A stretch of DNA of 63,076 bases, counting the filler, from Sphacelaria rigidula (taxonomy: Eukaryota), in NCBI GenBank assembly GCA_964200075.2. It is 4 parts of 4 records of this genome, joined end to end, with 100 filler letters (N's around TTAATTAATTAA, not from the genome) between each part and the next. Parts side by side here need not be neighbours in the genome. Positions count along the whole stretch, not along the records: positions 47,386 to 63,076 come from CAXNAA020001644.1; 3 more parts are not named here. One strand, 5' to 3'. Positions 50,813-63,076 of the stretch are shown here, one piece after another. Below the pieces are notes generated by a model. The model worked only from the letters and a program-made list of their open reading frames with translations. It searched no databases and was not told the DNA's origin. A program made the translations under genes and the position numbers. The first letter of the stretch is position 1, and each line of letters starts with the position of its first letter.

Positions 50813-51262
50813 TAACACGCGATCTTACAAATAATTGGGGATGGATCTTTTATTGGGGATGAGAAACTCGGAGAATTAAAATCTTCGCATCCACATCCAA
50901 TCTTCGAAATATGGTCCCATTTTTTCACCTACTGATAGCTATTGACAACTGCTACACGCCATAGAAATTTGGATTTTGATCACCGAAATGTTGGGGTCCT
51001 AGATCAAAAACCAACGGTCGGAATGATTTTGGCGTCCGTTCCGACACTCGGAATTCACCAAAATTGGTTTTTAACCTAAGACCCCAACGTTTCGGTTATC
51101 GAAATCTAAATTTCTATGGCTTGTAGCAGTTGTCAATAGCTATTAGTAGGTGAAGAAATGGAACCATTTTTCGAAGATTTGGTATGGATACGAAGAGTGT
51201 AATTCTCCGGGTTACTCATCCCCAATAAGAGATCTATCCCCAATCTGTAAGATCCCGTGTTA
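50813..51262. mobile_element. 450-bp foldback MITE with TAACA...TGTTA termini
   Basis: ~200-bp inverted arms (e.g. TAGCTATTGACAACTGCTACA / TGTAGCAGTTGTCAATAGCTA). CA on both flanks. Confidence 0.88.
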
Positions 51263-51840
51263 CATACACTATCTGCAGCTTTAGCGGTAAATACCCCAGC
51301 AAGTTCTGTATAGATTTCCCCATGCCCAGGGCGCTTCAAATTTCAATTTATTTCGGTGTTCGTGATGTTGGTCTTGGATTGTGGTAGTGAAACCGGAGTG
51401 GTCTCGGCTGGGGTCTTGTTAGATAACTGGCTTTAAAATGACGGTCTGCCGCAGGACCCGGGGTATGGTGATGTGTCGTTGCACGGAAGCGTAAAGTTGT
51501 ATTGAAGCAACATCCCCGCACTGACAGTAGTAATGACGGCGGATCCTACGTCCTGGCTGTCTGGCAGCCGGCAGGGTAGTTATGGTTGTGTCCTTCTAGC
51601 GCTATCATCTTACAGGGAACTGGAGCAGAGCAGCTCTAGCGGTAAATATCCCAACAAATCATGTATACAGGTTCAAAAGTACTTGTGCACAGTTGTCTTC
51701 ACGAATGGGAAATGGTTGACCCACCTCGCAATAGTGAGTCGGGATCCTGAAGCACGACTTCTCGCATCAAGGGTCGACGCAGTAGCTGCAGACCTATGCT
51801 ACCGCACGTCTACACGTACTCGAACAACGTCATTATATCA

Positions 51841-52138
51841 ACAACGTTTTCGTGAGATCGAGAGTAGAGCGCTGCTTGAGAGTGGCTTCGAGTATTCGCT
51901 TCAACTTAGCGAGTTTCCATTCCGTGTGTGCTCTTCTTTGCCTTCATCACTGGCGTGTGCTTACAGCTATACGTCGATATACTATTCAGGGATATCAAGG
52001 GTATCAGTGGCAAGCTACTACAGAAAGCACATCGGGCCTCGTGGAGGGGCATTTCGGAACTGAAACGATTGATTTAGTGATTGACCGCTTTCCACTCTCG
52101 ATCGTATTCTTTACTCTCATCTCACAAAAGCATTGTTA
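51841..52138. mobile_element. Dispersed MITE family copy 3 (reverse orientation)
   Basis: CAACGTTTTCGTGAGATCGAGAGTAGAG ... CTTTACTCTCATCTCACAAAAGCATTGTT. Body is the reverse complement of 30880-31109. Confidence 0.78.
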
Positions 52139-52709
52139 TTTGCTAAGGTCACCAAAGTATGTATCCCTCAGGCGAGGAAACTACCGGCTGATCTTCAACG
52201 CTCGCAACTCCGACGCTGTAGCTCAGCACACCGTCCTGTCCGCGAGCACAACTTCCGATGGGAAAAAAAAGTGTAATCCGTACTCCCCAAGTCCTTTCGT
52301 CTGTAGGTATTTGACCGGCAGCTGTTTTCGACGTTTTTCAAGTGGTCTAACTAGGGTCCATCTCAAGGGAGTCCGCGCCCAGTAGGTTTACGCAAGACTG
52401 CTACAGTATCACGGCATATTTTCGCATCTCCCGCTAGCCTTCAAAATAAAAAGCAGCAACCAAACGCCATCACCATCAGCAGCAGGGTGCCCAAGCAACA
52501 AACGCAACAGAACGATTGTAGTTTTCGGTACTGGCTCGGCATTGCTTGATAAGCAATCAAACTGAAATGGGACCACGAGAGCGCAAAGACAAAATATAAT
52601 GGAAGTGATGCAGCACAGGAGGCAGCAGAAACAAACACAGGTGAAGCAGATGAAGGAGGTCAACTTTTTCAGACAATACATGTTCGAATATACAACAAGC
52701 AAACTTCAA

Positions 52710-52907
52710 TTAAATGGCAAAAGTGGCGGCTACTCGATCGAAAGCGCTTTCGGTCGTCGCGAGAGACTGCACGTATGGGTGTTGCGGATGCGCCTGCTTG
52801 AGCTGCTTAAGATAGCGGTCAACGTAGGCCGCCGGCTTGTCCTGGTGTCTGCAGCAACACACAAGGTTTACCAACGTGTCCGGGTCGTTCTGCGTCTTCC
52901 CGAGAGC
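52710..52907 (-). CDS. COPE: COPE last exon
   Basis: ctccag|ALGKTQNDPDTLVNLV...ESAFDRVAATFAI*. Confidence 0.93.
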   Translation of the reverse strand, partial: ALGKTQNDPDTLVNLVCCCRHQDKPAAYVDRYLKQLKQAHPQHPYVQSLATTESAFDRVAATFAI

Positions 52908-55900
52908 CTGGAGGACCAGACAGCAGAGGGAATGGGATAAAATGCTTTCAAAATATTTTTCATGTCTCAGACAAGGAAAATTGGGCTACCGTAACTACTG
53001 TATCCCAGAGCCGCTATGCTTCAGGAGATCGCCAGACGTTCAGGGTCTCGCGACGTTCATGTGATATCATGGATGCCGATGATATAATAGTTTCTAAAAA
53101 AAAACCGGCAGCCAGTATTATGGCAGAAGAATGGAGTAGAAAATGTTTCAGGGAGATATCGCCTCATGCAACTGGATTGGGAAAACATACGCCAAGCGCT
53201 AGGCAACGGCATACGACGGCGAACAAGAACACCGATGCAGCAAGAGCCCGAAAGCGCAAGGACCATAGTTTGGTGAAACCACGTCGGGACCACGACCGAT
53301 ACATACAGCAGACACGGCCACAGGCATTGGACAACCAGATGTTTCAACGGTTGACCACTTCCACATTACCTACCACAAGAGGTGTTGCAAGCCACAATCG
53401 GCTAGAATACTGTTGTCGCACAGTTCATTTTCCAAAAGATAAATCAGACCCCGTGTGGCATCTTACCTCTACAAGATTGGTTTCAGCTTCCTGGAATTCT
53501 CCCATGTGCATCTTTGCCACCGCCAAGCTGTTGAGCAGCATGGGTGACGCCTGTGAAGGTAAAATAACACCAAAACAAGGAGGAAAATACATTATTTTTG
53601 TACTTGTGCGAAGACGACAGGAAAGCGCAGTACCCGCGAGACGTGGAAGCGTGACGGACACCATGGAACAATCCTGCATGCTGAAACTAGGCAAAGTTAC
53701 GCAGCTCTGCGCAAGATCAATGTTTTGTACTATATTTCCCAACTCTTCACCCGAGCAGCCTCTTGAAATGAGAGCCATAGAAACATTCTCACGTCGGCAT
53801 ATGAAGCTACACGAGCGCACATGGCACTCGAATGTGCCACCTTCAAGGTCAGATTGGTGACCAGCATGAGGGTGGCGAAAAAACAATATTCCTGCCATCC
53901 GATATCATCAGTGCCATGCGAGAAGTGGAACGCCACCCACAGTCAAGATATGTATAAGTTAATTAGAAACGCAAACAGCAACCGAGTCTTGGCTCACCTG
54001 GAACTTGTCAATAAGCTCATCGAAAATGTAGGCGGCCTCCTGGTACCGCTTGCCGCCCTGAGGCACAGACAAAACCATACGGCATGCAAACGACAACAAC
54101 AAACGAGTTGGGTCGAACCATGAACTTCCAGGCTTCCTCGAATAGCGAGCGTCAAATTTTAGGCCTGCAGCCAACTACCGACATCAAGCGCTAAAATAGG
54201 CAGGGTGTCCGTCAGTAGAATTGACATCATATTCTTCCTTCGCAAATAACTTCCAGACACTCTTCTCCATCTGTGTGTGAGCTCTTCGAGTATCATAAGA
54301 CTTCCGGCCAAAGAATAAGCGCGGATCAGGACGGAGTTTCCAGGCATCATATCATCGACAGTCGCGTACATACGTTTCATGCAACGGGGCGCAACGGACA
54401 CGACCACCTCTCCTCTGATTGCCACAAGATCGGGCGAATCAAGGCCAAGAGGGGGCGATCAGAGCCTATTTATTTCTATTCTTGGAGTTATATTTCCATG
54501 GTGCATGACGCATTTTTCAACTAACTGGACCGAGCCCAGCGTCCACCCAAGGTCTGTCTCGAAAATACTCTGGGTTGCATACATTCCCCGCAGCAATTTC
54601 ACCGAGATGTTCAAGTTTTCTGTAAGGTTTACAGCAGCAGCAGCAACAGCCGCTAGATCAATCGTAACACCGAACTTTGTCCAAAAAACATACCCCAAGA
54701 GGCAATCCCTTGCCGCGGTAAAAGAATGTGTGTAGCCCGATGCATCTAATTCCTAGCGTAAATATGACCGAAATGGTACTCCTGCTCAAGACATTTGGCT
54801 TCGAGGGGAATGACGAAGCGAGGGGGGTGAGTTACTCGGCAAAGCAAGCAACCCGTGGGGGAAAACCGCAAGGAAGACTGACGGCTACGGTTCACACCAG
54901 GAAGCAAGATAAGAACCCGACAGGCCGAACGCAAAATAGCTCACCTGTGCCAAGTGCACCCACGCGGTGACTAGCTGTGTCAGCGTCGCGTCCTCGTCTG
55001 CTTGTTGCATCACCCGGACCTGTCACGCCACCGCCCGCCGCCGCCACGCCCACAAACCAACATGCAAATGGTGAAGAAAAATGAATAATTATGTTCAAAA
55101 TGCCTTACTGGTTTTGAAAACGCTTGATTTCGTGAGCAATGGAGTGTTCGAAGGGTTTCATGCCGACCGCAGAACAGCGCCAGCCAGTACTGCAGCGGGC
55201 TCGTATCATGGGCTCTTGAGAATGAAATGGTGAGGTGGATTTTTTCCAGGTGAACGTCCTAGGAAAGGGCGGACGGGCTACTGCATTTGTATGCACATTA
55301 CCGACACGGCAACGCGCGCAGGTGCGATCTCTCAATATGACCAGGAGGTCTTGCATCAAAGACCCCGCCATGGGCGAGGAGATTCCTCTGCAATGGCTGG
55401 TTCACAAAGGCGACACCTGCCCCTGGCAGGGTGCAGACGTTTCGCGATATTCACAAATTGGAGATATATAAAATGTTGGCAGGGCCTGCGGTAGAGGTGT
55501 ACTATTTCTACTCCACCCCCCCATAGGTGGTGGGGTGCTGCGAAAGGAGATATATTCACCATGCATGGATTGATGTGATCTCTGTATACAGGTCGATTTA
55601 GGAAAGAAGGCCAAATTTTTCTCAGCAAAAGAATTCTCGAAACACCTTCCTGACTACGTAGGGGACGAAGCGACGTGGCGTCCTCACTGCCGGATCGCGA
55701 TGGTGCGCTACCGGCGTGCGAAACGGGGAGTCTCCGAGTACCTAGGATTCAGTGTGGGCGAATCTTCGAAAGCAAATTAAGCCCCTGTTGTTGCACTTCA
55801 TACGCACCACGAACAGCCAGCTCTCATCTACGGTAAGGGCGGGGCGCGACTTGTTGCCTGCGCAAAATTTAGAAGACACGCCGGCATGAATTGGGAAGTT

Positions 55901-58900
55901 TGAACCACATAACGTACGGGATAGCCGAAGGACTACGCTTCCCTCGCTTCAACCCGACGATATGCCGCATCAATACGATCTCGGAATATTTTTCTAATCG
56001 ATCCGCTTCCTCGCCCGTGTGTGAGAGTCAGCTCGTTCGCTTGGTTGAACCGGTATTTGGGGGGTCCTGACAATTGTATGCCTACCTGTCTCGCAACAGC
56101 TTCCGGTTTGCTCCAAACTTCGTGCCAATTTCAAGAGTTAGGAGACGAACCTTCGCAGACATGTGTCTGGCGGCAAGCCCGATGTCGCCAGAATTTGGTT
56201 GATAAGATTTTCGGTCGGTTTAGCTGGTTCCTTGGAGTTCCCGGTGATTGAATGCTCAACATTTCCCCAAACAATTTCAAGTTTACTCCAAACTTCACGT
56301 CGGAACCGATGCTTTGGTGACCAAATTTCACGGACGTGCTCTCGGAGGCAAATCTGAGCTAGCCAGAGTCTGGGTGGTCGAAACTTCGGTCAGTTTAACC
56401 AGTCTTTTGGGCGAATCGACCGCCGGAAGTGGCCAGGAACGCCAGATTGTCGGGGCAACCTCACGTTCGCTCGAAACCTCAATCCACTTTGGATACATTG
56501 AAGACGAAATGCCACACACGTGTTTCTGGAGGCAAGCCTGCAATCCTCGGTGTCTACGAACTGGGCCAGCCTAGAGGCGGATTTGAAGTTTGCAGGTCCA
56601 TGCTCTTTTATACATTTAGAGTTGGACACTGAAATTTGGTATGGACAATGCATAGGGCACAACAAAAAAATTCCCTCGGTACCAAAAGTTTTTTTTTTCA
56701 TTAGTTGAAGGTATTTTACTAATACCTGAAAACTGATTCGTGCCCAAAACTCATGAAAAGAAACAAAAAAAAAATTGGCACCGAGGTAATGTTTTTTTCC
56801 ATGCCCTATTCATTGTTCATACCAAATTTCAGGGTCCAACTCTGAATATACAAAAGAGGATGGGCCTATCAAAAAGCGGGTCGGTAGGAATTCAGAACAG
56901 TATTTCGCAGGCCACTCACCGGCCCACGTTTGGTTTTCGTGTATTGAAATGTTGTGTGGGCGCTCTCTGAGGCATAAGTATCAAGAAAAAAGTAGGTCAT
57001 GTTGATTTTTTTCAATTTTTTTCACTGGTTTATGGCGTTCTACTATGGTAAAGACCATTTCTTCACGAGAACGCCCTAACCTTTATGAAAAAAATTAGAA
57101 AGTGAAGGTCCATTTTGTGTTTTTATTCGGCACTCTTTTGTGGTTCTCCACACCAAAATTCGTCGCCATCCGCTAAATGCATCAATCGGGAGTTTCATAG
57201 AGATTTTAGTATTGGCGCTATCTCCCTCAGCTATAGCGATTACTAGACATGGGGTTTAATCAACGAGAAAGTATGGGCCCAAGCTTTTGAGCAGATGGAC
57301 ACCTTCCCCTTGATTAGACGACTAATACGATATGCGGATCACGGCCCAGCTCGTCTGTGTCGATGAGATATTGCTTCTAGAGCTTGAATTTGTTTTTAGG
57401 CTGGCTCAGCTCCTATTTGATGAAAGTTTTTGTCAATTTCACTTCTTTTTTGGAATCCCCGGTCATATCCGGCTGCTAAAAACTGGCAAAAACAACAGAA
57501 ACGTCGACCATCCCGACATCAGCGATCTTGGGTTGGCCTTCAGAAATACTTGTGCAATATTCGATCGCCCAACCATCAAAATTGGCGTGGGCTTCACCTG
57601 CCGCGTCAACTTTTGTGCTATTCTCGGAATCACCCCGTAGAGTAAAAGTACTGGTGATGGGAGCAGGAGTACACGCCCTGGACAATAGATTCAATTGTAA
57701 AAAAATGTACTGCGTACAGTATGGAATATGTTGTCCATTGCAATAGGCGCAATAGTCGATACTGTACGCAGAACACTTTTTGATTATTATTTCGTCCAGG
57801 GTGTGCAGAAGTACCCGACTGTCTGTATGATGAGTCATATTTGATACTGAAACCACTATTTTCCAAACGCTACACTAGGCATCTCAACACACCTGCTTCA
57901 ACGCGAGGTCGACCCGGTCCATCCTCAAGTAAATCTGCGCCAGCATCGCGGTCCTGCAAACAGTGCACAGTGCAATACAGGCGAGACCACGCAATTTCTT
58001 GCTGCTTTTTTCCCTCGCCTTACATCACGAGATATTTTCACACAAAACACGGCTAGGCTTTGCTTTCATCGTATACACCCATGTCCTCACGCCCGAACAT
58101 GCGCAATCGTCGAGATCATGAATTAATACTGCTATTTTTGCGACACATTCGACAGAACAGTAAAATCACGAACCCAGTCAAGACGCTAGGAGAGCATTAT
58201 ACATAATACGAGTGACACTATCTACGCTAGCCCCCCTCCCAAAAAAGTGCCTGGTTTGGGCAGGCAAAATCTTCACGTAAATCGAAATGGAAAAAGCCGA
58301 GCACAACGAGCAGCTGGGAATTCCCACGCTTGCGTTCGTTCTCGCCAATGTCGCCCATATGAGGCGCTTCATGCAGACTAAACCCAAACATCAGGCGCTG
58401 TATGACCACTTTTTTCGTGACACCTTCGGGCTGGTTTGGGGGGGAACGGCTATTGTAGAAAGTGTCGAGTAGATGATTTCCTTTTGTGCGCTGCCATTGC
58501 ACAGCATGAATACTCGTCGGCTTGAAGCACACAGGGAAAATACAGACTCAGTGCCAATCGGTTGTATGTGTTTTGTGTATCACACCCGATCTACAGCATC
58601 ATCCGGGGCGTGAACAGAGCGGCTCCGTCAATCTTGTGCTCCTATTACATTGACACAGTCCCCTACGAGCATGAAGCGATCGCAAGAGGACATGATCTAT
58701 CTCCCCGAGGAAGCGTGGCGAATGATGCAACGGCATAGGTAAGCACAAGAGAAGTGCCCCTCCCTCTCTCCCGTTCCCGCGTCCCCGAGCGGTCGTCACT
58801 TCATGATGGAAGCAGTAACTTGATCCCTCGAAAACACATCGTCATTTCTCCAAATGCGAAGCAATTCATGCTGAACGCGGGCAAGCCATTCCCATTTCAT

Positions 58901-59424
58901 TTTTATGTGCTGCTAGTAGCTGTAGTATACACACAGCTGTCGACATGTCACGGAGCTTGGAATAAAATGCAGGCAGCACAGAGGAGTTCTCAATTTGAAA
59001 TAGTACCGAAGATACCATTTCAACGCCAGTTTGCGGCAACCTCTCCAGGAGATGTACAACAACGTGTACAACCGGGTATCGGGCATATGTCAGGTCAATG
59101 GAACATTTTGGATCAATTGATCGAGTCAGCTGTGGTCAAAGTTGATACCGCGGCTGCTGGAGTAGAAACGATAAAAAGAGAGGGGTAAACTTACTGCTCC
59201 ATGGTAACCCCATTCCTGATGGTGCGCACAGCTTCCTTCAGGTCGCCCTCGTGCGCGAATACAGCGGCGGCCAGTAGCTGCAGTGTGGGATTGTTGCAGG
59301 ATGTAGGATCCCCAAGCCAGGTCTTGAGGGTCTCGACTACGATGTCCCGGCTGCCGGTGGGGTCCGAAAGGTATTGTGCCATCAGACGCACTGCCTGCAA
59401 CGCCGGCGACGCGTCATCTTTCAC
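52710..59424 (-). CDS. COPE: Coatomer subunit epsilon (epsilon-COP), 3' six exons; N-terminal exon(s) not found in window
   Basis: complement(join(52710-52907,53467-53550,53998-54057,54945-55019,57893-57953,59195-59424)), all GT-AG with consistent phases. Motifs SPALQAVR..A.YL, QIYLRMDRVDLA.KQ, MQQADEDATLTQL..AWV.LA.GG.RYQEA.YIF.EL, SPMLLN..AV, NDPDTLVNL, RYL.QLK..HP.HP.V, ESAFDR. Confidence 0.95.
53467..53550 (-). CDS. COPE: COPE exon
   Basis: tcacag|ASPMLLNSLAVAKMHMGEFQEAETNLVE|gtaaga. Confidence 0.93.
53998..54057 (-). CDS. COPE: COPE exon
   Basis: cctcag|GGKRYQEAAYIFDELIDKFQ|gtgagc. Confidence 0.93.
54945..55019 (-). CDS. COPE: COPE exon
   Basis: tgacag|VRVMQQADEDATLTQLVTAWVHLAQ|gtgagc. 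Confidence 0.93.
56100..56555 (+). repeat. Degenerate tandem repeat, ~176-183-bp period
   Basis: CTC(C/G)AAAC(T/C)TC at 56111, 56287 and 56470; GG(C/A)GGCAA at ~56169, 56344 and 56528. Confidence 0.6.
56594..56867. mobile_element. Foldback MITE in COPE intron
   Basis: AGGTCCATGCTCTTTT..AGAGTTGGACACTGAAATTTGGTATG versus CATACCAAATTTCAGGGTCCAACTCT..AAAAGAGGATGGGCCT. Confidence 0.8.
57670..57807. mobile_element. Small foldback MITE, inverted copy of 32357-32496
   Basis: CCCTGGAC...GTCCAGGG termini. Internal TAGTCGATACTGTACG is the reverse complement of CGTACAGTATCGACTA at ~32399. Confidence 0.78.
57893..57953 (-). CDS. COPE: COPE exon
   Basis: ttgcag|G TAMLAQIYLRMDRVDLALKQ|gtgtgt. Confidence 0.93.
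58214..58466. mobile_element. MITE, TIR GACACT, 4-bp TSD GAGT (inverted copy of 22884-23132)
   Basis: GAGT|GACACTATCTACGCTAGCCCCCC ... GGCTATTGTAGAAAGTGTC|GAGT. Confidence 0.92.
59195..59424 (-). CDS. COPE: COPE exon
   Basis: ccccag|VKDDASPALQAVRLMAQYLS...NGVTME-CA|gtaagt. Confidence 0.93.
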
Positions 59425-60649
59425 CTGGGGGAAGATATCGGGCATTAGTGTTACGTATCGGGTATGGTCGTTCGTGGGTCAGAAAAACGACGGGCTGATG
59501 CCAGCTGCTGATGCAAGCCGTCATGATCCGTTCCCGTGCCGGCGGGGCAGCACAGGCAGGGCTGCACCCTAATGTGCTGTGCGAGTAATCAATTTTCAGT
59601 ACTGAAATGGGAATGCTCATGAATTATCGTTCCTGCTCCTCTACGCCGAAACGCTCGAAGTTTTGGCGTTGCTTTTCATGTGCCCAAGAGTCGGAGACAC
59701 GCGAGAAATGGAGACCTTTGCGGGACAGGCGCGCATGTTCCGAATTCAAAATAAGTCGCGACGGCTGCAGTCACTCAGGACGGCTCGAGGTGCTTGCCCT
59801 CAAACCACGACGGTTGGCTTCATCCAGGTCGGTTTCAAGCTCGGCGTTGTTTGTATCATTTTCACGGAATTGGGGATGCAATTGGCTTGGCATGAAAGAA
59901 GTCCATGTACACGTACATCTAAGACCAGACGCTTCAGGAATACAACGGGTAGCGGCATAAGCTCATCGCAACACAGCAGTATCGCGATGAATAAGCGGGT
60001 CCTTCCGAATCACCGGACGGTCGAGTGCACAACACGAGGTGATTACACGCAAGCGCATTGAAATAAACATTAACTCTTCGAGTGTCAGGCCTCGTTTCGG
60101 TACAATATTCGGCTTGACATTTTGGCGCAGGAAGTGCGTACCATACTGTGGTGACCGAATATTGGTATACCGTACAGTACAGTGGACCGCCACTGCTCTC
60201 CTCCTGTTCAAGTTCAAAGCACTGTCGTCAAGCACTCGCAAACAAGTCCGCGGCTGCGCTGGCACCGGCGTGGAAGGCTGGGCGCGTGAGATATTGGACG
60301 TACACTATGCACCTTTCGTTCGATGCGTGCTTTGCGGCCGGATTGTCCATATGCCCCCTGAACTAACCAGTAACCTATCCATACATGAATACTTTGGTTG
60401 TTGTGTACCTCCTCATGACCTACTTTCCGTGATACCCCCTGAATTCGGGTAACATAGAGTTTTCAGTGTCAGTGAAGCTACCGTTTTCATTTTTTTCAGG
60501 TATCCATATATGGTCCACCTGAGGGCTCCGGCTGCAAAAGGGTTGAAGCCACAAGCAGGTACATGTCCGTCGAAACTAGCCGTAGGTGCCAGAATCACAT
60601 CTGCACATGGTCGCTGAAATGGAGGCGTGCTGGCTCGCCCTCAAGCTAC

Positions 60650-61600
60650 CAGCACGGACCAGGAAAGCAAGACCGACTGCCAAAAATGCCCCTCAACAGT
60701 TCAGCGAGTCCCACGCTTGCCGACACATTACCATCATGGTACGCGACATTACCCGTACTGAACTGAGACGGTACGAGTATTGTAAGTTTTTCGCGAGAGC
60801 AGGGCAAGGGAGTGAGGTGATTTTGTGCGGAGCAAAAGCAACTGAGTCGGCTTCCGCTTGCATGTACCCGGTATCTGGTCTGGGAGACTCCATCACACCG
60901 GTGCCACATTTTTCTGCTCTGATTTCTTGTCGAACGTAGCCGTTCACACCTCTGCATACACAAAGCATTCCCCAGAACTGAGCATATCCTTGGAAAATTT
61001 TTGGAAAATTTTCATGCGCACGCTTTTTTCCGTGGCATTCAATTTGACTCATTGCTAACAGAGAGAGCAGAAAAGGACGACTTTTCGACGGTATATGTAG
61101 CCCATCACTCCCATGTCGATCCCGATCTTCCGGCGAAATAACCAAATTCGCATTTGCTACACATGATCGTTCCGGGCGATGGAGGTAACTTTCGAAGACT
61201 TTACGAGTTGCCGTCACCTCTCCGCGCCTACTCATTCGTGTCGCGCTTCTTGCCTTGCAGGAGCTCGAAATGAACCCTTGTTTGCTTCGCCGGGCCGATG
61301 ACCCCCGGCGCCAGCAGCACAATATTTATTTGTTGATCACCACTACTTTGCCGATAGGGAGAGTTACGTAGAACTAGGCACCTCTCGGGAAAGCTTTCAT
61401 GCAGACCCTTCGATTCATCTCCCTAGATTTTTTCCAGCTAGCCCAGGAAGTGGAAACAGATGATTTCCGGCAATATACGCAGCCCAGAACCTCCTTGTCC
61501 ACGCCGATATTTCGCCCCAACATCATCCTTCGCTACAACCTAGCGGATACACCACATTTTCAGGTAGGGGAGCCATCTTTCGAAAGCTTAAAATGTCTCA
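60650..61600 (-). pseudogene. Possible degraded LINE APE-endonuclease fragment in COPE intron
   Basis: Weak remnants: VANAN (cf. MDANA), NHLT...REKL (cf. DYILT..RDRKL) and YHDGNVSASVGL (cf. SDHN.V.A.V.L). Confidence 0.25.
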
Positions 61601-63076
61601 GTCACCTTTCCATCCAACCCTGTGATGCCATACTTCTCGTCCTGGAAGATCGAACCAAGACCTTGTTTGACATAGTTTTTTTACTCAAGACCCACCGCCC
61701 CCCTCGCCACAAACACGATTACCCTTGATTACTCACCACAAATTTGCACGTTTACCATCGTCGCGGCCCACAGACGTACATTTCGAAAACTCTACATTTG
61801 CCCCTCATCTTCCCATGAACACATTTTCGTGCCGCGCACAGCGTCTTGCGGGAAATCGAAATGGGACCCTAATTGCAGGGGCAACTAAATATACGGTATT
61901 CATCGTCACCTTTCCACCCCAATTCTTCGCCGATGTGTTTGCCCTCATAACTTTGCTGGTACATCGTATTTCAAGTCAATAGAAATATATTTCGAAAGCT
62001 CTAGATATGACCTGTCGACGCCCCCCCCTCTTGCCCACGCTTCTCGCCGTGCGGAAGTGATACACCCTCTTTGTTACACCGCAAACGGTACAGTCAGCAC
62101 AAGAGGTACAGACGGTAGTGGTAGTGGTAGTTTGGTGCTGCAAGGGTAATTGTTTCCATGTCGATACAACAGTATAATTATGCATTGCAGAGTACTGTCT
62201 ACTGCTGTAGTGAGTTAAGACTGTATAGGAGTATCTTGGCGATGACACTATGGGACAAAATCGTCACCCGGGTGGGTTTTGCACTGTATTTTCAAGTGAT
62301 TGCCAACTCAACATACTTTCTCTCCACTTTTCTTTTCTTTTTTTTCTCGTTCGTCACAATTCCAACCATTCGCGTTCCTTGGGACGCGTCCGCAGTCCCA
62401 AGGGATCACCCAATCTCTCCCTGGGTACTGTGATGACAATAATCCATGGATGCCACGAGCGCGTTTCGCCAACCCCAAGACTCCTGCAAGGCTGTTTTTC
62501 GGCAAGTTTGCAAGCGCAAAAGCCGATAAACTTCCCATACCCAACTGGTGAGGTTCAAGCACCCATGGAAGCCGTAGAGTTTACCCCAGTTTGCATCCCC
62601 AATCAACTACTTGATGTTAGTGTGAACATCGATGTGAAGGTATCTGGTGCCACTGACTGTCCCGAGTGCTCCTAGCGTGCGCAAGTACATTTTTGTTCAA
62701 TTCGGCGCCACAGGCGCCGATGTAAGGTCTGCCAACGCGCACTTTGCCTAGAACACACCGTGCACCCCCCTTGCCCGAGGGTTCTCGGTATGCCTTCGGC
62801 TGGGACTAGGGAACAAATCGAGCGTCCAAATGCAGCAACGTAATTGGTCGCCGGGCGGGGTGACGTCGCGGCGGCCAAACAACATGTTTTTGGAAGCTTG
62901 CCTTGCTCTTCACTTCATTATTCATTCCATTAACCCTTTGGGGACTGAAGCTCACTAACACCACGTTCACGACGTGTTGGTAAAATAATGATAAACAAGT
63001 CTGGGAGCGACCTTTCCAATCAGGGCGAGGCGAAATTTATCGACCACATCAGAACGACCAGTGGGGAGGCGTACTC

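Noticed and set aside
53069-53860. 263-aa plus-strand ORF
   Set aside because: Antisense to a COPE exon and its introns; no coherent domain. The 5' part may be a LINE tail relic.
59425-63076. N-terminal COPE exon(s)
   Set aside because: No match by eye to the expected N-terminal motifs; probably beyond the window end.

Overview
Eukaryotic, intron-rich, repeat-rich genomic DNA of roughly 50% GC. It is most likely from a brown alga (Phaeophyceae, Ectocarpus-like); this is inferred from gene architecture and repeat types, not from a database search. Three 100-bp scaffolding gaps (N44-TTAATTAATTAA-N44) split the window into four contigs. Three host genes can be reconstructed from GT-AG splice signals: (1) a partial minus-strand gene built from symmetric phase-0 exons that each encode whole SBBP-like beta-propeller repeats (7340-12989); (2) a 4-exon, 239-aa HD-superfamily phosphohydrolase of the COG4339 type (37657-44914, +); (3) the six 3' exons of coatomer epsilon, COPE (52710-59424, -). 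The rest is dominated by transposable elements: a decayed ~10.9-kb Ty3/Gypsy element with both LTRs, a chromodomain and an extra C-terminal domain; the 3' end of a tyrosine-recombinase Ngaro/DIRS element with split direct repeats; Copia and LINE relics; a tRNA-derived SINE; and at least six families of foldback MITEs. The most interesting signals are the exon-modular propeller gene, the chromo plus SH3/Tudor-like integrase tail, apparently homogenised LTR cores, and a TAACA...TGTTA foldback family with CA/TG flanks. Identities quoted are hand counts.
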